IMG/VR virus record: IMGVR_UViG_3300042449_000993
Span: 96,001 to 160,000 of that record
Strand: one strand, 5' to 3'
DNA from: a virus
Length of the DNA: 64,000 bases
Notes under the pieces: generated by a model
What the model was told of the DNA's origin: nothing
Seen by the model: only the letters and a program-made list of their open reading frames with translations
Databases searched by the model: none
Position numbers and translations under genes: made by a program
Shown: in pieces, positions 18,527 to 27,284 of the stretch
Numbering within the stretch: position 1 is the stretch's first letter
Layout of the letters: each line of letters starts with the position of its first letter

Positions 18527-19840
18527 ATGTTGACTAGTAAAGTGTGTTATGTTTATGGTTTTCGTAACATTGAAAATGGGATGATGAACATTGGTTATAA
18601 GTCCCCCAAAACCGATAAGTTAGATTATATTTCTTCAATCTCTAGTGCCCAGTTCTGGGACGACTTTTACAAGGGTAAACTTGAAAAGTCTTTATTGTTC
18701 GAAGGTAGTGCGCATGAAGACGATATCGCTCAAACACTTGAGTGGTTTGGTCTTGATTATGGCATGTCTTGGAACAAAAATATGTTCTACAATAAATCAA
18801 ACAATGCGCATTGCATTGATGAGTCATTGCTAACTGAAGAACATAAGCAAACACTCGTAGATTGGATTGAGGGTCGTTCTGAAGGCATCAAGCCAACTGA
18901 CCGCTTTGTTCAAGACAAAACAACTGTAACAACAATTCATGAAGCGATAAAGTCAGGTCAATACAAAGTTGTTCTTGAACCTGTCAAAACTGTTCACGCA
19001 TATAAGAGAAATCAAATTCGCGTTGAACAGATTGACGTTAACCATGTTCGTAAGATCAAATCTCGGTTTGATCAAAACCCCAAAGATGCTTGGGATTGGT
19101 TGATGAAAGATCCTGTAGTTGTCGTTGTTTCTCGTCATAAAAACAAAATTGTATATACCATTCTCAATGGGAATAATCGCCTTGAGGCAGTTTCGAGAAC
19201 TGCGCTCAAAGAGATTCCTGTTGTCTATATAAATGAAACTGAGTTTGGTGCTGATGAGAAAACTCGTAATGCCAACTATGATCTGTTTGGTCTTTTAGAA
19301 AATAAAGAGGACTTTATTGTTCGTAAAACCAATACAGATGGTGACATCAAGAGAAATATCAATAACTTCTTGGTGAGCGAAGGATTTGATCTTTCTGATC
19401 CGCTTCAGGTCGACAGTGCTCGTGAATTGATTTATGAACGATTCTCGTTGATCACTGAAGACAAGAAAAAACTCAATGGTTTGTTTCGTTCTATTATGAA
19501 CGATTTTGCAACTCAACAAAATGCTTTAAAGTATCAAGACAATTTGATTGCCTATGATGACAATTTCTTGAACAACTACAAAGTGAAGAAGTATGAGTTG
19601 AAAGGTGTTGCAGCGATTCATGCAACTGCTTCGAAGGCAGAACATGCTGTTGCCCTTGGTTATATCGTTCACAGAATGTACAATATGAAAAAGAAAAAGG
19701 GTGCTATTGTTTTGTATTTCAAGAGCAAGAATGAATTGGCTATTGATGATCAAGAAAAGCACATTGACAAACTTCGTGATATGATTCAATATATGCAACT
19801 TGATGTAACTGTTGATGTCCTCCCTGCGTTCAACAACTAA
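18527..19840 (+). CDS. Protein with GIY-YIG-like N-terminus and ParB/Srx-like central domain
   Basis: CYVYGFRN..NGMMNIGYK...YISS; DPVVVV...ILNGNNRLEA; RBS AAGGAG. Confidence 0.55.
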   Translation: MLTSKVCYVYGFRNIENGMMNIGYKSPKTDKLDYISSISSAQFWDDFYKGKLEKSLLFEGSAHEDDIAQTLEWFGLDYGMSWNKNMFYNKSNNAHCIDESLLTEEHKQTLVDWIEGRSEGIKPTDRFVQDKTTVTTIHEAIKSGQYKVVLEPVKTVHAYKRNQIRVEQIDVNHVRKIKSRFDQNPKDAWDWLMKDPVVVVVSRHKNKIVYTILNGNNRLEAVSRTALKEIPVVYINETEFGADEKTRNANYDLFGLLENKEDFIVRKTNTDGDIKRNINNFLVSEGFDLSDPLQVDSARELIYERFSLITEDKKKLNGLFRSIMNDFATQQNALKYQDNLIAYDDNFLNNYKVKKYELKGVAAIHATASKAEHAVALGYIVHRMYNMKKKKGAIVLYFKSKNELAIDDQEKHIDKLRDMIQYMQLDVTVDVLPAFNN

Positions 19841-20840
19841 AGAGAGGCGCGAGTCATTCATCCGCTGGTATGCGTGGTCGATGCAGTTTGGCGACTGCGA
19901 TCCAGCGGTATGGATGACAAACTATCTCCACCGTCGATACGAACACAATGATGAGGAAAAACTCTGGCTTGCATGGCTTTATGGTAACACCTATCAATTG
20001 CCAACTGCATGGGTTCTAAAAAATGAATTCCCAGACTATGAACTTGCTACCGTTGATCGTATCGAATGGTGGAATAGTCACAACTACAAAAGACTCAGAT
20101 ACCAAGTTGATACAAAGTGGAACAAAGGTCACTTGCCTGCCATGTTCGCATCTTACCAAAAGTTTATTGGCAAGAAAACTCAACGTGAGGTTCTAGAAAA
20201 TTATTATGGCGACAACGAAACGCAATCTTTCCACAATCTTTGGAATAATCTTAAAACTTCTCTTCACAAATTTGGTCGCTATTCCACTTGGTTTTACCTT
20301 CAGCATCTTGTTCATACTGCTGGCATTGCTTGTGTACCTGACAGCCTCATGCTTGACGATTTTGCAGGCTCTCGCTCTCATCGTAATGGTCTGCATCTCG
20401 CCCTCGGGCAAGATGACAAATATGATGTTAAACTCACTTCTGGGGAATGCGCAGACCTTGAAAGCCATGCCAAAGAAATTCTTGAGGAAACCAGATCTCG
20501 ATTCCCTCAACTGAGCAATCAAATCGATTTCTTCACGATGGAGACTTGCCTTTGCTCATTCAAGAAAATCTTTCGTGAACATCATGGTCGATATCTTGGT
20601 TATTATCTTGATCGCCAGTCTGAAGAAATCAATCAAGCAGAAGGCGACGGTTGGACTGGTATTGAATGGAATGTTTTGTGGCAAGCAAGAAATGAAACTC
20701 TTGATCTCAGACTTGCTCCGAGAAATACAATCAACAAAGAAAAGTTTACTTATTTCTTAAGAACAGGTAGAATAGAACGAATGGATTGGATGTTCGATGA
20801 TGAACAACCAGTGAAAGAAGGTTTGGAGGCATTATGGTAA
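19815..20840 (+). CDS. Amino acid:DNA transferase (aGPT-pyrophosphorylase clade 2, HhH-glycosylase-like fold)
   Basis: DCDPA, WLAWLYG.TY, FGRYSTWFYLQHL, ETCLCSFKK, RY.GYY.DRQ. Confidence 0.8.
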   Translation: MSSLRSTTKERRESFIRWYAWSMQFGDCDPAVWMTNYLHRRYEHNDEEKLWLAWLYGNTYQLPTAWVLKNEFPDYELATVDRIEWWNSHNYKRLRYQVDTKWNKGHLPAMFASYQKFIGKKTQREVLENYYGDNETQSFHNLWNNLKTSLHKFGRYSTWFYLQHLVHTAGIACVPDSLMLDDFAGSRSHRNGLHLALGQDDKYDVKLTSGECADLESHAKEILEETRSRFPQLSNQIDFFTMETCLCSFKKIFREHHGRYLGYYLDRQSEEINQAEGDGWTGIEWNVLWQARNETLDLRLAPRNTINKEKFTYFLRTGRIERMDWMFDDEQPVKEGLEALW

Positions 20841-21415
20841 GAGTGATTGCTATGGGTGGTGAGCCAGCAACTGGCAAAACCACTTTGATGTTTAAATTGA
20901 TTTCCATGGCTGATGATTGGGTTACTTCGAAGCCAGAGAAACTTCTTGATGCAATGTATTCCAAGAAACTGAATCTTTATATTCTTGGCAAGTATGTGAA
21001 TGATGGTAATGTGTTCCAGGGCACTGATCGTTTGTCAATGGCAGTTCAACCAGATGCTACTGCGTTCTTTAGTAATCTTGCATATGAATCAAATGCAGAT
21101 GGTCATAGTGTAAATGTGATCTTCGAAGGTGATCGTTTGTTCAATGGCAAAATGCTTGATCGCCTTTCTGAACTATTCCCAAATGATTTCAAGATTCTAA
21201 TCCTTACAGTCAAGGATAGCACTCTTGATCAACGTCACATTGATCGCAAAGATGATCAAGATGACAAATTCAAAAATTCTCGTAAGACTAAAATCTCGAA
21301 TATCATGGGGTCGCTGACACTCATGGACTATATAGAGACAATGGTCAACGAAAATCTCGATGATCAGTCTAAGATTATTGATCATATTAGAAAATTTTAC
21401 AACTGGAGTGAATAA
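20834..21415 (+). CDS. P-loop nucleotide kinase, candidate 5-hydroxymethylpyrimidine DNA kinase
   Basis: GGEPATGKTT Walker A, GKY, GTDRLS, IFEGDRL; overlaps the transferase stop. Confidence 0.7.
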   Translation: MVRVIAMGGEPATGKTTLMFKLISMADDWVTSKPEKLLDAMYSKKLNLYILGKYVNDGNVFQGTDRLSMAVQPDATAFFSNLAYESNADGHSVNVIFEGDRLFNGKMLDRLSELFPNDFKILILTVKDSTLDQRHIDRKDDQDDKFKNSRKTKISNIMGSLTLMDYIETMVNENLDDQSKIIDHIRKFYNWSE

Positions 21416-21417
21416 TT

Positions 21418-22257
21418 ATGCAGTTAGAAGTTAAGGTTGAGGATTTGCGCAAAAACAAACTCTTTGTCGCAACTCCGATGTACGGTGGTATGGCGCATGG
21501 TATGTATTTGAAGTCTTGTTTAGACTTGCAAGCATTGTGCGCTCAATATGGCATTGAAGTTCGTTTCTCTTTCATCTTCAATGAATCTCTTATCACTCGC
21601 GCTCGCAATTATCTTGTAGATGAATTCCTTCGTGCAGAAGGTTACACTCATCTCTTATTCATCGACGCTGATATTCATTTTGATCCGCGTGATGTTGTTG
21701 CATTGCTTGCTCTTGATAAGGATGTTATTGGTGGTCCATATCCAAAGAAATCCATTAAGTGGGGTGCTGTGAAGGAAGCTGTGAAGCGTCATCCTGACAT
21801 TGAGCCTCTTGAAATGGAAAAGGTTGCTGGTGATTTCGTATTCAATCCAGCACCAGGCACTGAAAAATTCTCTGTTGCTGAACCAATTGAAGTTCTTGAA
21901 ATTGGTACTGGCTTCATGCTCGTCAAACGTGAAGTCTTTGATAAATTTAAAGAAGCCTATCCTGAGTTTAGTTATCGTCCAGACCATGTTGGTCAAGCCA
22001 ACTTCGATGGTAAGCGATACATTCACGCCTATTTCGATACCGTCATTGATCGCAAGCGTGTGGTCATGATGGATGGTATTGAGAAGGAAGTTGGTGGATC
22101 AGATCGCTACTTGTCTGAAGATTATATGTTCTGCCAGTGGTGGCGTCATCTTGGTGGTAAAATTTGGCTCTGCCCATGGATGAAAACACATCATATCGGC
22201 ACTTATGCATTCACTGGTGATATGCCTGCAGTTGCCAATTGGGTCGGTTCTCTTTAA
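21418..22257 (+). CDS. GT-A fold glycosyltransferase-like protein
   Basis: VATPMYGG, ESLITRARN, LLFIDADI (DxD), GTGFML, SEDYMFC. Confidence 0.75.
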   Translation: MQLEVKVEDLRKNKLFVATPMYGGMAHGMYLKSCLDLQALCAQYGIEVRFSFIFNESLITRARNYLVDEFLRAEGYTHLLFIDADIHFDPRDVVALLALDKDVIGGPYPKKSIKWGAVKEAVKRHPDIEPLEMEKVAGDFVFNPAPGTEKFSVAEPIEVLEIGTGFMLVKREVFDKFKEAYPEFSYRPDHVGQANFDGKRYIHAYFDTVIDRKRVVMMDGIEKEVGGSDRYLSEDYMFCQWWRHLGGKIWLCPWMKTHHIGTYAFTGDMPAVANWVGSL

Positions 22258-22272
22258 TAAAGAGATTTTGTT

Positions 22273-22941
22273 ATGATTGTAGGTTTAGTTGGCTTTATTG
22301 GAGCAGGTAAAGGCACAGTTGCAGATCTCTTGGTGGATCGTCATGATTTCGTCAAAGAGAGTTATGCGAATAGCGTCAAAGACGCCTGTGCCACGATCTT
22401 CGGTTGGAATCGTTCCATGCTTGAAGGTGACACTCCAGGATCTAGAGCATGGCGTGAGCAGCCAGATAAGTGGTGGTCAGAAAAATTCGGTTGTGAGTTT
22501 TCACCAAGATTGGCTCTCCAACTAATGGGCACAGAGGCAGGTCGTGATGTATTTCACCCTGACCTCTGGGTTCATACTGTGATGCGACGCTGCGAACAAG
22601 CACCATGGAATAACTATGTGATTGCTGATGTTCGTTTCCCAAATGAAATTGATGCAATCGTAAAATCAGGTGGCAAAGTTATTCGCGTTCGTCGTGGTGA
22701 TGATCCTGAGTGGTATAGTCTTGCTCGTGAATGCAATCTTTATAACAAACAAGAAATAATGCGCAATGCATATCCAGAAATTCATTTCAGTGAATGGGCT
22801 TGGATTGGTTCGCATTATGATATTGTGATGGATAATAATTGTTCGTTGGATGAGTTGACTGTGAGAGTTGACAAGTTGGTTGATTCGTTATATAATAATC
22901 GTGTTGAAGCAAATGAGGTCGTTAATTATGAAACTTTCTGA
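22273..22941 (+). CDS. gp1: Deoxynucleoside monophosphate kinase
   Basis: GFIGAGKGT, PRLALQLMGTE.GR, IADVRFPNE, H.SE. Confidence 0.92.
   Translation: MIVGLVGFIGAGKGTVADLLVDRHDFVKESYANSVKDACATIFGWNRSMLEGDTPGSRAWREQPDKWWSEKFGCEFSPRLALQLMGTEAGRDVFHPDLWVHTVMRRCEQAPWNNYVIADVRFPNEIDAIVKSGGKVIRVRRGDDPEWYSLARECNLYNKQEIMRNAYPEIHFSEWAWIGSHYDIVMDNNCSLDELTVRVDKLVDSLYNNRVEANEVVNYETF
22868..22896 (+). promoter_or_regulatory. sigma70 promoter for gp45, inside gp1
   Basis: TTGACA-N17-TATAAT. Confidence 0.75.
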
Positions 22942-23602
22942 TGATACTGTGCAAGTCCTGAAAAACTTTTCAGGCATTAATCAAAGTTTGCAGTTCAAGT
23001 CTGGCAATACTTTGAAAACTATTTCTCCACTCAAGACAATCTTCGTTGAAGCAACTGTTGGTGAGAGTTTTCCAAAAGAGTTCGCTCTTTATGATTTGAA
23101 CAAACTTTTGGCAAAGGTATCTTTGTACAAGGATGCCGAGTTGTCGTTTGACGATGACAAACTCAATATTAGTGCAAACAAGAAGTCTGATTACATCAAG
23201 TATTGCTCGCCGAAAGTTATTGTAACTCCACCTGAGAAGGCAATCACGTTTGGTGAGCCTGATTGTTCATTCAGTCTTTCGCAAGAAGATCTTGATTGGA
23301 TGCGTAAGAGTGCTGGCATCTCTGGTTCGCCCAACTTCGTGTTTGAAAGCGATGGTTCCACAATTCACTTCATTGCTACAGACGTGAAGGATGATTCTGC
23401 TGATCAGTCCAAGATTGAAATTGGTACTGCTGAGAATGGTAAGGAATTCAAAGTTGTGATGAAGGTCGAAAACTTCAAGTTACTTGAAGGTTCGTATGAC
23501 GTTGCAATTGCCAAGAAAGGTCTTGCTCGATTTAAGCACAAAACTGTTGACATCACCTATTACATTGCGATTGAAGCCGCAAGTTCAACTTTCGGAGAAT
23601 AA
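22928..23602 (+). CDS. gp45: Sliding clamp
   Basis: MKLS..T..LKNFS.IN, FALYDLN.LL, YYIA.E. Confidence 0.95.
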   Translation: MKLSDDTVQVLKNFSGINQSLQFKSGNTLKTISPLKTIFVEATVGESFPKEFALYDLNKLLAKVSLYKDAELSFDDDKLNISANKKSDYIKYCSPKVIVTPPEKAITFGEPDCSFSLSQEDLDWMRKSAGISGSPNFVFESDGSTIHFIATDVKDDSADQSKIEIGTAENGKEFKVVMKVENFKLLEGSYDVAIAKKGLARFKHKTVDITYYIAIEAASSTFGE

Positions 23603-23841
23603 TGATGGCACTTGATAAAGTAAAGGTATTGGGATGCCTTCAAGAAATCTCCAACTCACTCACTCGTATTGAGGCTGAACGTGATCTGATTAAAGACATT
23701 CTTCAGAAGATGCAAGACGAATGTGAGATTCCAAAGAAGTTGGCTCGTAAACTGGCGCGTGTTTACCACAAACGTAATTATGAGGAAGAAGTCGCAGAGC
23801 AGAGCGATTTCCAAACCATTTACGAAAACGTGGCTAAATAA
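23602..23841 (+). CDS. dsbA: Double-stranded DNA-binding protein (T4 DsbA-like)
   Basis: E.S....I....LIKDI...KLARVYHK.N...E....YE pattern. Confidence 0.7.
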   Translation: MMALDKVKVLGCLQEISNSLTRIEAERDLIKDILQKMQDECEIPKKLARKLARVYHKRNYEEEVAEQSDFQTIYENVAK

Positions 23842-23848
23842 AAATATT

Positions 23849-23921
23849 GGGGTGCAATACTCTAAGTTGACGGCACTATCCGCCAGACTGCTCGCCGTGG
23901 GAGTTCACCTTCCCCACCCCA
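23849..23921 (+). ncRNA. Putative 73-nt structured RNA, tRNA/tmRNA-TLD-like
   Basis: GGGGTG/CACCCC-A closing stem, ACGGC/GCCGT stem, GGGAG-TTCACC-TTCCC T-arm-like hairpin; GC-rich island after GCTAAATA late-like promoter. Confidence 0.45.
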
Positions 23922-23942
23922 TCTTCTCTTCGGAGTTATATT

Positions 23943-24110
23943 ATGCATAAAGATGATCTAAAAGTATTGATTATTATTCTTTTATTCGCCGCATTCGCTC
24001 TCGTCAACACATTTTTTCTTTGGGTTCCTGCATCAGCACCACCTGTAATGTTGGTGTTGTTCGTTGGATTGTATTCGATATGGGAGCATAAGTATGGCAA
24101 CAAGGCGTAA
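23943..24110 (+). CDS. Small two-helix membrane protein (55 aa, absent from ORF track)
   Basis: MHKDDLKVLIIILLFAAFALVNTFFLWVPASAPPVMLVLFVGLYSIWEHKYGNKA; RBS GGAG. Confidence 0.65.
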   Translation: MHKDDLKVLIIILLFAAFALVNTFFLWVPASAPPVMLVLFVGLYSIWEHKYGNKA

Positions 24111-24414
24111 TTTTTTCAAGTATCTTGGTCTTGCTGGTGGTGTTGCTGGCGGTGGTATTGTAGCCGCCGCCGCTGTTCTTCCTGATGCTGATAAGTGTAA
24201 GGCAATAGAAGAAATTAAAGCCGCTGGTTACAATGGCAAGTTAAACATTGGCACTGAGTATGGTGAACTTGCATCACCAGACGGCACTATCAGTTGTGGT
24301 CCCAAATTTGTTCCAGGAACACAAAAGCATGTAACCGCAAGTATGACCGTCGGTCCTGATGGCGAGATGTACTTGATGACAAACGGAAAATGGCGTAGAA
24401 TAGTGACTGAATAA
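24094..24414 (+). CDS. Twin-arginine (Tat) signal peptide protein
   Basis: MATRRNFFKYLGLAGGVAGGGIVAAAA matches S/T-RRxFLK plus h-region. Confidence 0.7.
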   Translation: MATRRNFFKYLGLAGGVAGGGIVAAAAVLPDADKCKAIEEIKAAGYNGKLNIGTEYGELASPDGTISCGPKFVPGTQKHVTASMTVGPDGEMYLMTNGKWRRIVTE

Positions 24415-24432
24415 ACAATCAGGAGTTACATT

Positions 24433-25371
24433 ATGAATGAAGCGTTGTGGGTTGAAAAATACCGTCCTCATACTATTGCCGATTGTATTCTTCCTGATGA
24501 ATACAAGGCAACTTTCCAATCTTATGTTGATCGCAAAGAGATTCCCCATCTCTTGCTTTGCGGTGGTCCAGGCACAGGCAAGACCACAGTCGCACGTGCA
24601 TTGTGTGATGAAATTGGCTGTGATTATCTAATGATCAATGGCTCGGATGAATCAGGCATTGACACATTCAGAACAAAGATCAAAAACTATGCCAGTGCAA
24701 TGTCAATGACTGGTGGCAAGAAAGTCATCATCATTGATGAAGCAGATTATCTAAATCCAAACTCAACTCAGCCAGCCATGCGTGCGGCAATGGAAGAGTT
24801 TGCGCATAACTGTACGTTCATCATGACTTGTAATTTCAAGAATCGTATCATTGAACCATTGCATAGTCGTTGCGCTGTTATTGAATTTAAACTGCGCAAA
24901 GAGGATAAGCCAAAGATGGCTGCTTCGTTTATGAAGCGTGCTGCTGAGATTTTGGCGAATGAAAAAGTTCCTTATGATAAGGCAGTTCTTGTTGAAGTTG
25001 TCAAGAAGCACTTCCCAGATTATCGTCGCATTCTGAATGAACTTCAGAGATATTCTGTTAGCGGTAGAATTGACACTGGTATTCTCACGAGCATTGCTGA
25101 TGTTTCTTTAAATGATCTTGTGACGTCACTCAAAGATCAAAACTTCAGCGCAATGCGTAAGTGGGTTGCTGACTTTGGTGGTGATGATCCTGCAAAGATC
25201 TATCGTAAAATCTATGACAGTCTGTATGACATTATGGACAAGTCTACGATTCCAAATGCTGTGCTAATCCTCGCCAAGTATCAATATCAAGCAGCGTTTG
25301 TCGCCGATCAGGAACTGAACCTCACCGCATGTCTAACCGAGATGATGGTGGAGTGTAAGTTCAATGGCTGA
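24433..25371 (+). CDS. gp44: Clamp loader large subunit
   Basis: LWVEKYRP, GPGTGKTT, IDEAD, PLHSRC. Confidence 0.96.
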   Translation: MNEALWVEKYRPHTIADCILPDEYKATFQSYVDRKEIPHLLLCGGPGTGKTTVARALCDEIGCDYLMINGSDESGIDTFRTKIKNYASAMSMTGGKKVIIIDEADYLNPNSTQPAMRAAMEEFAHNCTFIMTCNFKNRIIEPLHSRCAVIEFKLRKEDKPKMAASFMKRAAEILANEKVPYDKAVLVEVVKKHFPDYRRILNELQRYSVSGRIDTGILTSIADVSLNDLVTSLKDQNFSAMRKWVADFGGDDPAKIYRKIYDSLYDIMDKSTIPNAVLILAKYQYQAAFVADQELNLTACLTEMMVECKFNG

Positions 25372-25741
25372 TCTATTTAAAGAAATCATTCCGTCTATTC
25401 TACAGACGAAAGAATATGCGCTCCTGACAGAACAGGATGAAAAGACATATTCATCGTTTATGGTGAATCGTGCACTCTCATTTCATCGCGATACCGTTTT
25501 ATTCGCAAATGAGATGAATAAGTACCCGAATCTCGATAATAAACTCAAATATGACTTTCTCCTAAATATAATACGAGCCCAAAAGCGTCCATACTCAAAG
25601 TGGCACAAGAAGGCTAAAAGCAGTGATTTGGAAGCGGTCAAAGAATATTATGGTTACTCCGATGCAAAGGCAGAGGAAGCATTAAAAATTCTAGACGACG
25701 CTCAAATCGAATTGATAAAAGAACAATTATATAAGGGTTAG
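25364..25741 (+). CDS. gp62: Clamp loader small subunit
   Basis: FMVNRALS, ANEMN, YDFL, VKEYYGYS..KA. Confidence 0.93.
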   Translation: MADLFKEIIPSILQTKEYALLTEQDEKTYSSFMVNRALSFHRDTVLFANEMNKYPNLDNKLKYDFLLNIIRAQKRPYSKWHKKAKSSDLEAVKEYYGYSDAKAEEALKILDDAQIELIKEQLYKG

Positions 25742-25744
25742 AAC

Positions 25745-26146
25745 ATGAGCGTTGATAAACTAGTTGAAGTCACTCTTGGGCAGCAGGATGATTTTCTAAA
25801 AGTTCGCGAGACACTCACTCGCATTGGTGTAGCAGCAAAAAACGATAACATCCTATACCAATCCTGCCACATTCTTCATAAACAAGGAAAGTATTATATC
25901 GTTCATTTCAAGGAACTCTTTGAATTGGACGGTAAGCCATCAAACATGTCAGATAATGACATTCAGCGACGCAACACGATTGCGAATCTAATGGCTGAGT
26001 GGGGACTAGTCAAACTCGTAGATCCAGATAAGACAAAGGATAATGTCGCACCATTAAGTCAGATTAAAATTCTTCCATTCAAAGAGAAGAACGATTGGCA
26101 ATTGGTTTCCAAGTATACAATCGGGAAGAAAAAGAAGGAAGGATAA
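25745..26146 (+). CDS. regA: Translational repressor RegA
   Basis: DDFLKVRETLTRIG, QSCHILHKQG.YYIVHFKELF, KYTIG. Confidence 0.97.
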   Translation: MSVDKLVEVTLGQQDDFLKVRETLTRIGVAAKNDNILYQSCHILHKQGKYYIVHFKELFELDGKPSNMSDNDIQRRNTIANLMAEWGLVKLVDPDKTKDNVAPLSQIKILPFKEKNDWQLVSKYTIGKKKKEG

Positions 26147-26149
26147 TTT

Positions 26150-26779
26150 ATGCTTGTGATGAATGTGTATAAACTTCGTGATGATATTGAACTTCCAACA
26201 TACGGCACTTCTTTAGCAAACTGTTTTGATTTGTCATTCCAACCAACATCAAATGTTGTAAATGGATATGATTCATTTAACGCACCTGTTGAAAGAGAAG
26301 TAAATGGATTTGGTGAAGTTTCTATCTATCCTGGTGATCGTTTATTGATCCCAACTGGATTAATTTTCAAAATCGAACGTTATGTTACGATTGAAACATT
26401 TGCAGACATTGCACGACATGATGCTGAACTTCCGCTTCAGAACTATAGCATTCGTCTTCATCCTCGCTCAGGACTTTCGCTTAAGAAAGGATTGATCCTA
26501 GCAAACAGCGAAGGCATCGTTGATGTTGATTATCAAGAAGAAGTGTTTGTGCTTTTGACAAACGTTTCCAAGATGCATCAGACAATTCGTCGCGGCGATC
26601 GTATTGCTCAGGCTGAAGTTGTATCAAACAATCCATTCGCATTTAAAGTTATCGCATTAAGACCAGAGAAGCATTCTGAAAGATCTGGTGGATTTGGTTC
26701 AACTGGGATTTCGTTGAATACAGAAACTCCGCCAATGGAAGAATGGCACGTCGACGGACCAACAGAGTTTCCTAAATAG
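26150..26779 (+). CDS. dut: Trimeric dUTPase
   Basis: PRSGLS, NSEGIVDVDY, GDRIAQ, RSGGFGSTG. Confidence 0.93.
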   Translation: MLVMNVYKLRDDIELPTYGTSLANCFDLSFQPTSNVVNGYDSFNAPVEREVNGFGEVSIYPGDRLLIPTGLIFKIERYVTIETFADIARHDAELPLQNYSIRLHPRSGLSLKKGLILANSEGIVDVDYQEEVFVLLTNVSKMHQTIRRGDRIAQAEVVSNNPFAFKVIALRPEKHSERSGGFGSTGISLNTETPPMEEWHVDGPTEFPK

Positions 26780-26843
26780 AATTGGAATGCCCATTTGGGG
26801 TTCCGTTTCTAAAATGTCACTTGCTTATTAAAGGAGTACACAA

Positions 26844-27284
26844 ATGACAAATATCACTACACTTTCGTCAACCTACGGACTCGATCGTCTTCTACCAACC
26901 GCTCTTGGGTTTGAGAATTCGTTCGCAGCTCTCGATAATGCTGCTCATCTATTTACAGCATCTCAAACTGCATTTCCTCCAGTGAACATCGTCAAGAAAG
27001 ACGAATACAACTTTATCATTGAACTTGCAGTTGCTGGATACAAACAAGATGAGATTGAAATCACTGCCGAGAGAAACTCTCTCAAAGTCACAGGCAAAAA
27101 GTCAGAAGAAGAAGATCGCAATTATCTTGTAAAGGGTATTGCTGGTCGTAAATTCTCACGCCAATTTGTTTTGTCTGACACAGTAGTGGTTCGTGATGCA
27201 AACCTTGCTGATGGTATTCTTTCTATTGAACTAGAAAATGTCATTCCTGAAGAACAGAAGCCTCGTAAGATTGAAATCAAATAA
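26844..27284 (+). CDS. Small heat shock protein Hsp20 (IbpA-like)
   Basis: FPPVNI, IELAVAGY, KGIA.R.F.R.F.L, A.L.DGIL.I.L. Confidence 0.93.
   Translation: MTNITTLSSTYGLDRLLPTALGFENSFAALDNAAHLFTASQTAFPPVNIVKKDEYNFIIELAVAGYKQDEIEITAERNSLKVTGKKSEEEDRNYLVKGIAGRKFSRQFVLSDTVVVRDANLADGILSIELENVIPEEQKPRKIEIK

Noticed and set aside
19815-20840. Ordinary DNA repair glycosylase
   Set aside because: The motif set and coupling to a P-loop kinase and TET gene fit the amino acid:DNA transferase clade better, though an HMM search is needed to confirm
23849-23921. Canonical tRNA gene
   Set aside because: No D-stem, no 7-nt anticodon loop on a 5-bp stem, 6-bp acceptor and non-standard T-loop; kept only as a tRNA-like RNA
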